Origin: Desulfobulbus propionicus DSM 2032
Lineage (GTDB): Bacteria > Desulfobacterota > Desulfobulbia > Desulfobulbales > Desulfobulbaceae
DNA length: 32,000 nucleotides
Reading direction: 5' to 3'
Assembly (NCBI RefSeq): GCF_000186885.1
Contig: NC_014972.1
Location: forward strand, 2,610,001-2,642,000
The notes under the pieces were generated by a model that did not search any database, was not told the DNA's origin, and saw only the letters and a list, made by a program, of their open reading frames with translations. The translations under genes were made by a program, and so were the position numbers. This document shows, piece by piece, positions 1 through 8,820 of this stretch (positions are counted from its first letter, which is position 1; each line of letters opens with the position of its first letter).

Positions 1-1
1 A

Positions 2-1246
2 ACCCTGATCGACACCACGCCGGTTGAGTATTCTTCCGTGCCTTTTGTCGGCTATACCGGTGAAAAATTGATCATGCTGGTGATGCGCGATATCACCCAG
101 CGTAAAAATTTCGAACGGGAACTGTTGCAGTTCAACACCAGTATCGAAACCATTCTCCAGCAGAAAATCAGCGAGTTACAGGCCAGCGAGGAAACACGGA
201 TACGGCTCTCCCGTCAGGTCAACAGCCTCAAGACCCAATTGGGCTTTCACCACAAGGCAGACCAGATGGTCGGTCGCAGCCGCAAAATGCGCGAACTGCG
301 GGAAATGATCCATCAGGTCGCCGGATCGGACGCCACCATCCTCATCACCGGCGAATCGGGAACCGGCAAGGAACTGGTGGCCAACTTGCTCAAGGCCACC
401 AGCCAGCGGGAAGACAAGCCCTTCCTCAAGATCAACTGTAACGCCATCAACGATTCACTGCTGGAGGCCGATCTGTTCGGGTACGAGAAGGGAGCCTTCA
501 CCGGGGCCACCGCCCGCAAGGTCGGCAAATTCGAAGTGGTCGACGGCGGCACCATTTTTCTTGACGAGATCGGCGACATCAGCCCCCGGATGCAGGTTTC
601 CCTGTTGCGAGTGCTGCAGAACGGCGAGATCATCCGGGTCGGCGGCAACGAACCGATCAAGGTCGATGTCCGGGTAATCGCGGCCACCAACGTCGATTTG
701 GCCCAGGCGGTCAAGGACAAGAAATTTCGGCTCGATCTCTATTACCGCCTCAACATCATCAATATCGACATCCCGCCACTGCGGGAGCGGAAGGAAGACA
801 TCGTCGAGCTCGTTTCCTTCTTCGTCAACCACTACCGCGAGGCCTTCAAGAAGGAGATCGATTTCGTGCCCAAATCGATCATCAACCGCCTGCTGGCCCA
901 CGACTGGCCGGGCAATGTCCGCGAACTGGAGAATTTGATCCAACGGGCGGTGCTCATGGCCAAAGGGAAGATGATCACCGAGGCGGACCTGATTTTCGAC
1001 CAGGATCCGCGCATCGAGCAGCAGCGGGTCGACACCTTCAACATCGACGACAAGCTCGGCGCCTTGCCGTTGAAAGCCATCGTGGCCGATTTCGAGGCGG
1101 CCATCATCCATCGCGCCCTAGACAAATACAACGGCAACGTGTCCACCGCCGCCACCCAGCTCAAACTCGGCAAGACCGCCCTGTACGACAAGATGAAACA
1201 GCACGGCATCTCGGCCAAGCACATCAAGCAAAGCAAAAGAAACTGA
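2..1246 (+). CDS. Sigma-54-dependent transcriptional activator with upstream PAS-like end and coiled coil, AAA+ domain, Fis-type HTH (5' truncated by window)
   Basis: Frame stays open to the window start upstream of the GTG at 38. Protein has Walker A GESGTGKE, the sigma-54 contact motif GAFTGA, GGTIFLDEIGD, RVIAATN, WPGNVRELEN and a C-terminal HTH (NVSTAATQLKLGKTALYDKMKQHGI). Confidence 0.95.
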   Translation, partial: TLIDTTPVEYSSVPFVGYTGEKLIMLVMRDITQRKNFERELLQFNTSIETILQQKISELQASEETRIRLSRQVNSLKTQLGFHHKADQMVGRSRKMRELREMIHQVAGSDATILITGESGTGKELVANLLKATSQREDKPFLKINCNAINDSLLEADLFGYEKGAFTGATARKVGKFEVVDGGTIFLDEIGDISPRMQVSLLRVLQNGEIIRVGGNEPIKVDVRVIAATNVDLAQAVKDKKFRLDLYYRLNIINIDIPPLRERKEDIVELVSFFVNHYREAFKKEIDFVPKSIINRLLAHDWPGNVRELENLIQRAVLMAKGKMITEADLIFDQDPRIEQQRVDTFNIDDKLGALPLKAIVADFEAAIIHRALDKYNGNVSTAATQLKLGKTALYDKMKQHGISAKHIKQSKRN

Positions 1247-1435
1247 GCAAACAAAGACGAATTTTCTTCCGTTTCCCCTGCTGACCGCCCTGCTCTTCCT
1301 CCCAGGGTTTCCCCTCTTTTCTTTCTTGCCAGCCGCACTTATTTTTAACGCAAGAGCGATTGAGCCGCCACAAAGTGGTGGCGCTGTTTTCAACCCTCTT
1401 TTCAGCGCATGTCCCTCTCCCAAGCGAGGTGTCCC

Positions 1436-1861
1436 ATGACCGCATCCATCTTTACCTTTCTTGAGCAAATCGGCTTCACTCACCCGTTGCATCCCGGCCT
1501 GACCCATCTTCCCATGGGCATGGTCATGGGCTGTTTTTTCTTCAGCCTCGTGGCCTGGTTGGGCAAAAAGCCGGAGTTCAACCGCACCGCCCTGCACTGT
1601 GCGGCGCTCGGCCTGGTGTTCGTCGTGCCCACGGTGATTGCCGGCCTGCTCGACTGGCTGCACCGCTACGGGGGACAGATGCAGCCGCTGATCATCACCA
1701 AGATGGTCCTGGCGGCCCTGCTGCCGCTGCTGCTCGCCTGGGCCATCCGGCTCCACCACACCGCCGCCAAGGAAAACATGCTTGTCCTGGCCTATAGCCT
1801 CTGCCTGGCATGCGCCATCGGCCTTGGCTTTGCCGGCGGGGAACTGGTGTACGGCGGCTGA
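1436..1861 (+). CDS. DUF2231-like small integral membrane protein
   Basis: ORF 1409..1861 with a likely ATG at 1436 (MTASIFTFLEQIG). HPLHPGLTHLPMG motif and four hydrophobic helices. Confidence 0.6.
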   Translation: MTASIFTFLEQIGFTHPLHPGLTHLPMGMVMGCFFFSLVAWLGKKPEFNRTALHCAALGLVFVVPTVIAGLLDWLHRYGGQMQPLIITKMVLAALLPLLLAWAIRLHHTAAKENMLVLAYSLCLACAIGLGFAGGELVYGG

Positions 1862-1949
1862 CCCCCCTGCTCCCCTGCTTGCCCCTGCAGCGGCACCACA
1901 AGGGGAACCTTTTTCCGAGTAGTGCCCGACCAGACCCGAGAAGCAACGA

Positions 1950-3164
1950 TCAGAACAGAAGAAATTCCTTGAACTGGCCGCGCAGGCAATGATGTGATGC
2001 CATGGCCGAGGAATAGGCGCCGGCGTTGATCAGGGCGAGATGACTCTGGCTGCTCAGATCAGGCAGCCACGCCTGCTCATACCACACGTCCAGGGCTTCG
2101 TTGATATTGCCCACCACACTCATCTCGGTGCAGGGTGACGGGTCGTAGCGCAACGGTAATGGCTGAAACGGCAGGGCGTAGTAGGCTGGTTCCGGGGCGA
2201 TGTTGAACCCGGCATCGACGCCGACAAAGGTTCGGTCTTTTTTTCGTTCGACAAAGGTCTTTTCCACCAGCAGCAGCCCCGCATCCTTGAGCAGGTAGTC
2301 GCCCGGCTCGATTTCCACATGCAGCCCACGGCCGGCAAATTGGCCTTGGAGGATTGCCGCCCATCTATCCAGGTCCAGCGGTCGATCCGAGTCGAGATGG
2401 GGGACCCCCAGACCGCCGCCGATATTGACCCGCTCCACCTCTCCCGCCGCCTCGACAAAGCGAAAACAGTGAGCGATGATCCGTTCCAGCTGTTCGAGTT
2501 GCGGTGTCAGGTAGCCGCAGCCGGTGTGGAAATGAATCTTACGGACCTGCAGGTCATAGGCTTTGGCTGTTTCCAGGGCCTCGGCAAACTGTTCCCAGTA
2601 AATGCCGAACTTGGTGGTGGTCGCACCGGCATAGTGGAGTTTGTCGTTGGCCGCCCGCCCGATGCCCATGGCCGGATTGACCCGCAGACCGATCTGTGTT
2701 CCCGGCTTCAGCGCCCCCCAACAGCGGATCGCATGCAGCGAATCGCAGTCCATGAACAGGCCCGGATAACGGGCCAGTGCGGTCAGGTCGCGCGTCGACA
2801 GGCTGGTGGCGGTGAACGAAATCTGCGCGGGCGAGAAGCCGCAACTGACCGCGTGTTCCACCTCGGCGGGCGAGCAGGCGTCGATGCCGCACAATCCGCT
2901 CTGCCTGAGAAAGGTCAGCAGCGGGGCGAAGCGGTTGGCCTTCATGGCATAGAGAAGGGAGAAACGCCCGGCCAGGCCGGCGCCGCTGAGGGCTGCGTGC
3001 AACCGTTCAAGATTCTGCCGGACCCGCTCGGCCGAGTAAACAAAGGCAGGGGTGCCGAACTGATCGGCCAGCTCCTGGACCGGCCGCCCGGCAAAAAAAA
3101 GCCGCCCCTCCCGGTAGCAGAGATCCTGCCGCTGCCACCAGCTGTAATACGCGTCCTGGTTCAC
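1950..3164 (-). CDS. PLP-dependent fold-type III decarboxylase (diaminopimelate/carboxynorspermidine decarboxylase-like)
   Basis: Contains the PLP lysine motif YAMKAN, HTGCGYL, GGGLGVP, EPGDYL, VDAGFN and a C-terminal NAGAYSSAMASHHCLRG. Likely GTG start at 3164 overlaps the TGA of the upstream SET gene (GTGA). Confidence 0.85.
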   Translation of the reverse strand: MNQDAYYSWWQRQDLCYREGRLFFAGRPVQELADQFGTPAFVYSAERVRQNLERLHAALSGAGLAGRFSLLYAMKANRFAPLLTFLRQSGLCGIDACSPAEVEHAVSCGFSPAQISFTATSLSTRDLTALARYPGLFMDCDSLHAIRCWGALKPGTQIGLRVNPAMGIGRAANDKLHYAGATTTKFGIYWEQFAEALETAKAYDLQVRKIHFHTGCGYLTPQLEQLERIIAHCFRFVEAAGEVERVNIGGGLGVPHLDSDRPLDLDRWAAILQGQFAGRGLHVEIEPGDYLLKDAGLLLVEKTFVERKKDRTFVGVDAGFNIAPEPAYYALPFQPLPLRYDPSPCTEMSVVGNINEALDVWYEQAWLPDLSSQSHLALINAGAYSSAMASHHCLRGQFKEFLLF

Positions 3165-3634
3165 CGCAGCGCCTGGTTGAGGTGCAGCTGCTGTGCCAGG
3201 GCGCCGTCGTGCATCTCCTTCCTGCCGGTGATCCATCCGCGGCAGTTGGCCGATCCGCACGAACAGGGAAACTGCTTGAACAGCACATCCTCGGTTTCGG
3301 CATAATCCATGTAGAGAAAACTGTTGGCCGGAATCTCCTTGAGGGCGGTCACGGTCAGATTGACCATGTCCAGCGAGATGTTCGGCGCACAGGAATGGAG
3401 GAAAAAACCAGAAAAATAGGGATCATAGAGATGGGTATCCGGGGTAATTTGCAGGGTGTGCTGGCGAATTTCATGCACGATATACCCTGCCATCCGGGCG
3501 ATGATCTCGCCTTGTTTGAAGGCGCGGAAGGCAATCACGCCTCGACCGGCCAATTCATCCTTAAAGACAACGGCAAAATCAGAATGCTTGGGAAAGAGCG
3601 GGTCTTTCCCGAACTGGTCCGGTGGGTAAAGCAT
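3161..3634 (-). CDS. SET domain-containing protein (putative lysine methyltransferase)
   Basis: 157 aa. GRGVIAFRAFKQGEII, HSCAPNISLD, LYMDYAETED, and a post-SET-like CSCGSANCRGW. Confidence 0.85.
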   Translation of the reverse strand: MLYPPDQFGKDPLFPKHSDFAVVFKDELAGRGVIAFRAFKQGEIIARMAGYIVHEIRQHTLQITPDTHLYDPYFSGFFLHSCAPNISLDMVNLTVTALKEIPANSFLYMDYAETEDVLFKQFPCSCGSANCRGWITGRKEMHDGALAQQLHLNQALR

Positions 3635-4009
3635 GTGGGACGTCTCCAGAAATAATGAAGCAACAAAACCGATCAGCAGGGAATCCGCCGACCAGGGAAT
3701 TCAAGCAGCGCTCTATACAGCTCTCGGAGGCGCCTGACAAGCTTTATCCATCTATTTTTCATAATTTTAACAAATTGTTTATAGTATTGTTTTTACAATA
3801 TTTATTCCAAAATTGTCTCGTTACATCCCTGCTTTTTGCGTTGGAATTGCTACCCAATGGGCCACTCCACCTCCCAGTTCCCGTTCGTTTGCGTCCCACC
3901 CTTTCTTCCGCTCTAAAAAATACATCCCCTCTTCCTTTCACGGGTCAATTTGGATAGGATGGCCACCATATCCATCTTTTTCCTTCTTCCAAGCAATTGA
4001 GGTGTTTCC

Positions 4010-5005
4010 ATGTCAAACTGGTTTGTTGCCGTGGACGGCAAATCCCTTGGACCTTTCACCATTCAACAGATGCTCGGCGCTCTTGCCTCGGGGCAGTACA
4101 ATGCAGCCACCATGGTCTGGCGCGATGGCTTTGCCGACTGGATACCCGCAGGACGGGTGCCGGAACTGCAAGCCGGCCAGGCCGCACCGCCCCCCCCGCC
4201 CTTTTCCGGCAAGGAAGCCCACGAGATCGATTACACCATCTTCGGCAACGAGATGCAGTTCGTGGAAATCGAACTCGATTCCCAAGAAAGCGTGATCTCC
4301 GAGGCCGGGGCCATGATGTACATGCACGATCAGGTGGTGATGGAAACGGTGTTCGGCGACGGTTCCCGGAATTCGGGTTCCGGCACCTTTTTCGACAAAA
4401 TGCTCGGAGCGGGCAAGCGACTGATCACCGGCGAGGGACTGTTCATCACCATGTTCACCTATACCGGCGCCGGCAAGGGCAAGGTGGCCTTTGCCGCGCC
4501 CTATCCGGGCAAGATCATCCCCTTGGATCTGACCAAATACAATGGCCGGATCATCTGCCAGAAGGACGCCTTTCTCTGCGCGGCCAAGGGGGTTTCGGTG
4601 GGGATTGCCTTTCAGCGAAAAATCGGGGTCGCCCTGTTCGGCGGCGAGGGATTCATCATGCAGCAGCTGGACGGCGACGGTTTGGTGTTCGTCCACGCCG
4701 GCGGCACCATCGTCGAAAAGGAGCTGGCCGCGGGCGAAACCCTGCGGGTGGATACCGGCTGCCTCGTGGCCTTGACAGCCAGCGTCAACTATGACATCGA
4801 ATTTGTCGGCAACGTCAAATCGGCAATCTTCGGCGGGGAGGGATTCTTCTTTGCCAACCTGCGCGGCCCTGGCCACGTCTGGCTGCAATCGCTGCCTTTC
4901 TCGCGGCTTGCCGGCCGCATCTGGGAAGCAGCGCCCCAGACCGGGGGAGGCGGCCAGGGGGAAGGTTCGGTGCTGGGGGGGATTGCCAATATTTTTGAGC
5001 GGTGA
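4010..5005 (+). CDS. GYF_2 (DUF4339) domain plus AIM24/TIGR00266 family protein
   Basis: N-terminus WFVAVDGKSLGPFTIQQMLGALASGQYNAATMVWRDGFADWIPAG is GYF_2-like. The rest is an AIM24-type beta-rich domain (ESVISEAGAMMYMHDQVVMET...GEGLFITMFTYTGAGKGKVAFAAPYPGKIIPLDL). Confidence 0.85.
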   Translation: MSNWFVAVDGKSLGPFTIQQMLGALASGQYNAATMVWRDGFADWIPAGRVPELQAGQAAPPPPPFSGKEAHEIDYTIFGNEMQFVEIELDSQESVISEAGAMMYMHDQVVMETVFGDGSRNSGSGTFFDKMLGAGKRLITGEGLFITMFTYTGAGKGKVAFAAPYPGKIIPLDLTKYNGRIICQKDAFLCAAKGVSVGIAFQRKIGVALFGGEGFIMQQLDGDGLVFVHAGGTIVEKELAAGETLRVDTGCLVALTASVNYDIEFVGNVKSAIFGGEGFFFANLRGPGHVWLQSLPFSRLAGRIWEAAPQTGGGGQGEGSVLGGIANIFER

Positions 5006-5026
5006 GAAAAAGCCTTTGATAAGCAT

Positions 5027-5065
5027 CGATAGGGTTGTTTTCGCTGACAGATGGCAACCCTATCG
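5027..5065. repeat. 11-bp perfect inverted repeat / hairpin 3' of the AIM24 gene
   Basis: CGATAGGGTTG (5027-5037) is the reverse complement of CAACCCTATCG (5055-5065), with a 17-nt loop. No T-tract follows. Confidence 0.7.
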
Positions 5066-5092
5066 CCTTACATCACTTTAGGATAAAATGTT

Positions 5093-5672
5093 TTGATTCA
5101 ATATATTCTGCTCGTTGATTTTGAAAATGTGCAACAGGTCGATCTTTCTAAGCTCAAGGATGATACGAGTGTCATTATCTTTCTTGGAGCAAATCAAAAG
5201 AATATCCCGACAGAAATGGTCACCTCCGCGCAACGTCTCGGTAGCCGCATAGAGTGGAGGCAAATTGAGGGTAATGGCAACAATGCCCTAGATTTCCATA
5301 TTGCCTGCCATTTAGGCCGCATTCTGGAGCCCCCCCCAAGTCCGTTGTATAGTTTTATCCAAAGATAAGGGTTTTGACCCTCTTCTTCGTTTTCTCAACA
5401 AGAGCGGTCTTAAATGCAAGCGCATAAACAGCCTCCTCGAACTTGACCCAAAATCTGCAACGGCCGATGACCCTAACTACAAAAGAGTCATTGAAATTTT
5501 AGGAAAATCGGAGAAGAAAACCCGTCCTCGCAAAAGAAAGGCGCTAGCACAACATATTTGTTCAATTTTTCAGAAAAAAATCACCCAAAATGATGTGGAA
5601 AAAATTATCGATATGCTTTTTGCTCATGGAATGATTACTGAATCCAACAATACTATTTCCTATAGATTCTAA
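5093..5672 (+). pseudogene. PIN-like/NYN-like domain protein, reading frame interrupted at a C8 homopolymer (apparent +1)
   Basis: Frame A (5093..5368) reads MIQYILLVDFENVQQVDLSKLKDD...ALDFHIACHLGRILE then PPP. After the C-run at 5330-5337 the homologous-looking sequence continues in the other frame: ..PQVRCIVLSKDKGFDPLLRFLNKSGLKCKRINSLLELDPKSATADD...KIIDMLFAHGMITESNNTISYRF, stop at 5670-5672. Confidence 0.75.
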
Positions 5673-5708
5673 CATCTTGTTTTTAAAATTAAATTTTTAT
5701 TCAGACAA

Positions 5709-6410
5709 CTACCTTCCAACTGATCCTTGCTCCTCGATGAAGGATTGCATTTCCCGGCTGAGGCCAAGCTGCCGGGCCAGGGTGTCGAGCCAGGCGCGTT
5801 CCGCCTCGGTATCGACCTCGATGGCGGCCACCGCCAGCATGTACATGGTTTTGGCCACCGAGGGATCGGTGATGCCGGCGGTCAGCGCCTCGATACTTTG
5901 CGGCCGGTGCAATTCGTTGAGCAAAAACATCTTTTCCTCCTGACTGAGATCGGCTCCGCGCAGCCTATCGAGTACCGCCCGTTCTTCCTCCGCATCCATC
6001 GCACCATCGGCATGGGCTGCCGCAACCATCACCTGAATCATGCGCACCGCGAGTTCCGCCCCGGTCGCAGGGCTGGCGAGGGGCGCGCCTGCCGACGCGT
6101 GCGAGGCCGTCGGGCTGCCAGGTATCGGCGGCGGACTGCTTGCCGTGCCGCCAAGGGGTGGTGGCGGCACGGTGAACGATCCACCGCCCGGAGGAGGAGG
6201 CGGCACCTGTCCCGCGAGACCGGCAGGATTTTTTTGCCCCTGCTGCTTCAAAATCTCATAGGCGCCGACACCCAAGCCGATGATGGTCATCAGGCCCGAT
6301 CCAGACCCCAAGCCCTTCAGCATCGATTTCTTGCCGCCGCCCCACGAACCGCTGCTTTTGCCGACCACCTCGCCCACAATTTTTCCCAACAACTTTTCCG
6401 CGTCAAACAT
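5709..6410 (-). CDS. DUF533/TerB-like (YebE-like) protein with proline/glycine-rich linker
   Basis: Likely ATG at 6410 (MFDAEKLLGKIVGEVVG). GLGVGAYE segment, PPPPPGGG..PPPP linker, C-terminal helical MIQVMVAAAHADGAMDAEEERAVLDRL...DPSVAKTMYMLAVAAIEVDTEAERAWLDTLARQLGL. Confidence 0.8.
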   Translation of the reverse strand: MFDAEKLLGKIVGEVVGKSSGSWGGGKKSMLKGLGSGSGLMTIIGLGVGAYEILKQQGQKNPAGLAGQVPPPPPGGGSFTVPPPPLGGTASSPPPIPGSPTASHASAGAPLASPATGAELAVRMIQVMVAAAHADGAMDAEEERAVLDRLRGADLSQEEKMFLLNELHRPQSIEALTAGITDPSVAKTMYMLAVAAIEVDTEAERAWLDTLARQLGLSREMQSFIEEQGSVGR

Positions 6411-6555
6411 GGATTCACCTGAATGAAGGATTGATCTCCGCCGCCCGCCCCGCTCCTCCGCGGCCGCCCTGCATTTGTCGTTGCCCCGGTCTCCCCTCGG
6501 GATACATTCTCCGCCTGATCGGGAGGCTTGCATCTTTCCGCGCGAGAAATTCAGC

Positions 6556-6585
6556 TTGTCGAGCGCGTTGATTGTCACGTATAAT
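6556..6585 (+). promoter_or_regulatory. Sigma-70-like promoter for the SprA-like gene
   Basis: TTGTCG (6556-6561), 18-nt spacer, TATAAT (6580-6585), 34 nt upstream of the ATG at 6620. Confidence 0.5.
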
Positions 6586-6619
6586 ATTTTTAAATTAACG
6601 CATTCTTCCTTTCCTGCCA

Positions 6620-7369
6620 ATGCTTGCGACCGTCACCACCAGCAACGCCTCCCTTGTCAACACCTACGACCGAAGCGGTAGAACGATTTCTCCTCTTCGC
6701 TCGCAGCCCGCACACCCCATTGCGCCCGCCGGAGAGATCGACGCCGCACGGGAACAGAAGGCGGATACCGTTACCCTTTCCCCACAAGGGCTCGACAAAT
6801 CGCGGCAGGCACAGGCTCGTGACGGCGCGGAGTCATCATCTGCGGCTCCTGACACTAAAGACCGCCAAGCTCGGTCTGGCGCGGGCCAGGCGGACGGTGA
6901 AGAACTGACGGTGGAAGACCAAAAGGTGGTCCAACAGCTCAAGGAACGGGATCGCGAGGTCAGGGCCCACGAGATGGCTCATTTGGCCAGCGCCGGGCAG
7001 CATGCCCGGGGCGGCCCCACGTATACTTACCAGCAAGGCCCGGATGGTCGCCGCTATGCCATCGGCGGTGAAGTGCCGATCGACGTCAGCGAGGAAAAGT
7101 CGCCCGAGGAAACCATCGAGAAGATGCAGGCCGTCAAGCGGGCCGCCATGGCTCCGGCCGAGCCTTCATCAACGGATCGCGGCATCGCCGCCGCCGCTGC
7201 CGCCCTGGAAAGCAAGGCCCGCCAGGAAATGCAGACCGAGCAGGCCGAAGAATCGCCGCAACAGACAGCCACCGGCGAACCGGCGGCAACAGATCCAACG
7301 GTCCAAGCTACCTCCGAAGGCCAAGCTCCCCAACGACGTCCCACACGATCCCTGGACGTTCTCGCCTAA
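6620..7369 (+). CDS. SprA-related/putative metalloprotease family protein
   Basis: VVQQLKERDREVRAHEMAHLASAGQHARGGPTYTYQQGPDGRRYAIGGEVPIDVS is typical of the SprA-related family, with an HExxH-type HEMAH. Confidence 0.8.
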   Translation: MLATVTTSNASLVNTYDRSGRTISPLRSQPAHPIAPAGEIDAAREQKADTVTLSPQGLDKSRQAQARDGAESSSAAPDTKDRQARSGAGQADGEELTVEDQKVVQQLKERDREVRAHEMAHLASAGQHARGGPTYTYQQGPDGRRYAIGGEVPIDVSEEKSPEETIEKMQAVKRAAMAPAEPSSTDRGIAAAAAALESKARQEMQTEQAEESPQQTATGEPAATDPTVQATSEGQAPQRRPTRSLDVLA

Positions 7370-7416
7370 CCCCTTCGACGCCCTGTGTCTTCATTCACCG
7401 ACTTTTCCTTTTCCCC

Positions 7417-8745
7417 ATGATGCACGCAAACGAATATATTGAGAGCCTCTTTTCCTTTATCAACAACTCGCCCACTCCGTTTCACGCCGCAGCCAACGGC
7501 GCGGCATTGCTCAGCGCCAACGGCTTTCAACGCCTGCGGGAAACCGATCGGTGGAGCAATCTCTCTTCTGGGGCGTACTATGTCCTCCGCAACGACGCCA
7601 GCCTGATCGCCTTTTCCCTGAACGATCGGCTGCAACAGGGCCTGCCGCTGCGCATGGCGGGTGCCCATACCGACAGCCCCGGCCTCAAGGTCAAGCCCAA
7701 CCCCCTGCAGCAACGCCAAGGCTGTGTTCAGATGGGGGTCGAGGTCTACGGCGGCGCCTTGCTGGCTCCCTGGTTCGACCGGGACCTGTCCCTCGCCGGA
7801 CGGGTGAGCTGGCGTTGCCGTGACGGGCATCTCCACTGCGGCCTGATCGATTGCAAACGGCCGGTGGCGATCATTCCCAGCCTGGCAATCCACCTTGACC
7901 GCGAGGTCAACAGCAAACGCAGCATCGACAAGCAAACCGATCTCATCCCCTTGTTGATGCTTTCAAACGAAAAGGCTTCACCGGATTTCAAGAAGTTGCT
8001 CATCGACCAACTGGTTGCCGACAATCCGAACGCGTCGGAGGCGGAGGTGCTCGATTTCGATCTCTTCCTCTACGACACCCAACCTCTTGCCCAAACGGGA
8101 TGGCACAATGAATTCATCACCGGCGCCCGACTGGACAACCTGCTTTCCTGCCATGCCCTGCTGCACGCCCTGATTCGAAGCGATAACCGACACAACAGCC
8201 TGATCGTCCTCAACGATCATGAAGAGGTAGGCAGCGTCTCCACCGCCGGTGCCCAGGGGCCTTTTCTCAAGGACATCCTGGAACGGCTGATCCCCGACCC
8301 GGTGGTCCGCCGCCAGACCCTTGCCGGCTCCCTGTTCATCTCGGTGGACAATGCCCACGCGGTGCATCCCAATTTCATCGGCAAGCACGATCCGGAACAT
8401 CTGCCCCTGCTTAATCATGGACCGGTTGTCAAGACCAATGCCAACCAACGGTACGCCACCAATGGTCTCACCGCCAGCCTCTTCCGCCTGTTCTGCCAAC
8501 GGGCCGAAATACCCTGCCAGCAATTCGTCATGCGCAACGATCTTGCCTGCGGTTCGACCATCGGCCCGCTGACGGCCGCTGAACTGGGAGTTCCCACAGT
8601 GGACATTGGCATACCGCAACTGGCCATGCATTCGATCCGCGAGACGGCCGGCCGCCTGGACGGCTGGTATCTGCTGCGCGTCATGACCGCCATTTTCGCC
8701 GCTGGAGACGACGCGCTCCGCTGTCCGGAGGTCGGATTGCCCTAA
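7417..8745 (+). CDS. apeB: M18 family aminopeptidase
   Basis: 442 aa. MAGAHTDSPGLKVKP, VEVYGGALLAPWFDRDLSLAGRV, NDHEEVGSVSTAGAQGP, DNAHAVHPNF, CGSTIGPLTAAELGVPTVDIGIPQLAMHSIRE. Confidence 0.93.
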   Translation: MMHANEYIESLFSFINNSPTPFHAAANGAALLSANGFQRLRETDRWSNLSSGAYYVLRNDASLIAFSLNDRLQQGLPLRMAGAHTDSPGLKVKPNPLQQRQGCVQMGVEVYGGALLAPWFDRDLSLAGRVSWRCRDGHLHCGLIDCKRPVAIIPSLAIHLDREVNSKRSIDKQTDLIPLLMLSNEKASPDFKKLLIDQLVADNPNASEAEVLDFDLFLYDTQPLAQTGWHNEFITGARLDNLLSCHALLHALIRSDNRHNSLIVLNDHEEVGSVSTAGAQGPFLKDILERLIPDPVVRRQTLAGSLFISVDNAHAVHPNFIGKHDPEHLPLLNHGPVVKTNANQRYATNGLTASLFRLFCQRAEIPCQQFVMRNDLACGSTIGPLTAAELGVPTVDIGIPQLAMHSIRETAGRLDGWYLLRVMTAIFAAGDDALRCPEVGLP

Positions 8746-8775
8746 AATCGTTCGCATACGGGTCCGGGAAAACAT

Positions 8776-8815
8776 CGCGCGCCCAGGTTGAGAGAGAACG
8801 CCTGGGCAAAGCGCG
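8776..8815. repeat. Hairpin downstream of the M18 aminopeptidase gene
   Basis: GCCCAGG (8781-8787) pairs with CCTGGGC (8801-8807). Flanking CGCGC (8776-8780) can pair with GCGCG (8811-8815). No T-tract. Confidence 0.5.
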
Positions 8816-8820
8816 CTCCT

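Noticed and set aside
1364-1382. GCCGCCAC-AAA-GTGGTGGC hairpin followed by GCTGTTTT as a terminator
   Set aside because: Short triloop stem, T-run offset and only four bases. It lies well after the sigma-54 activator stop (1246). Too weak to list as a feature.
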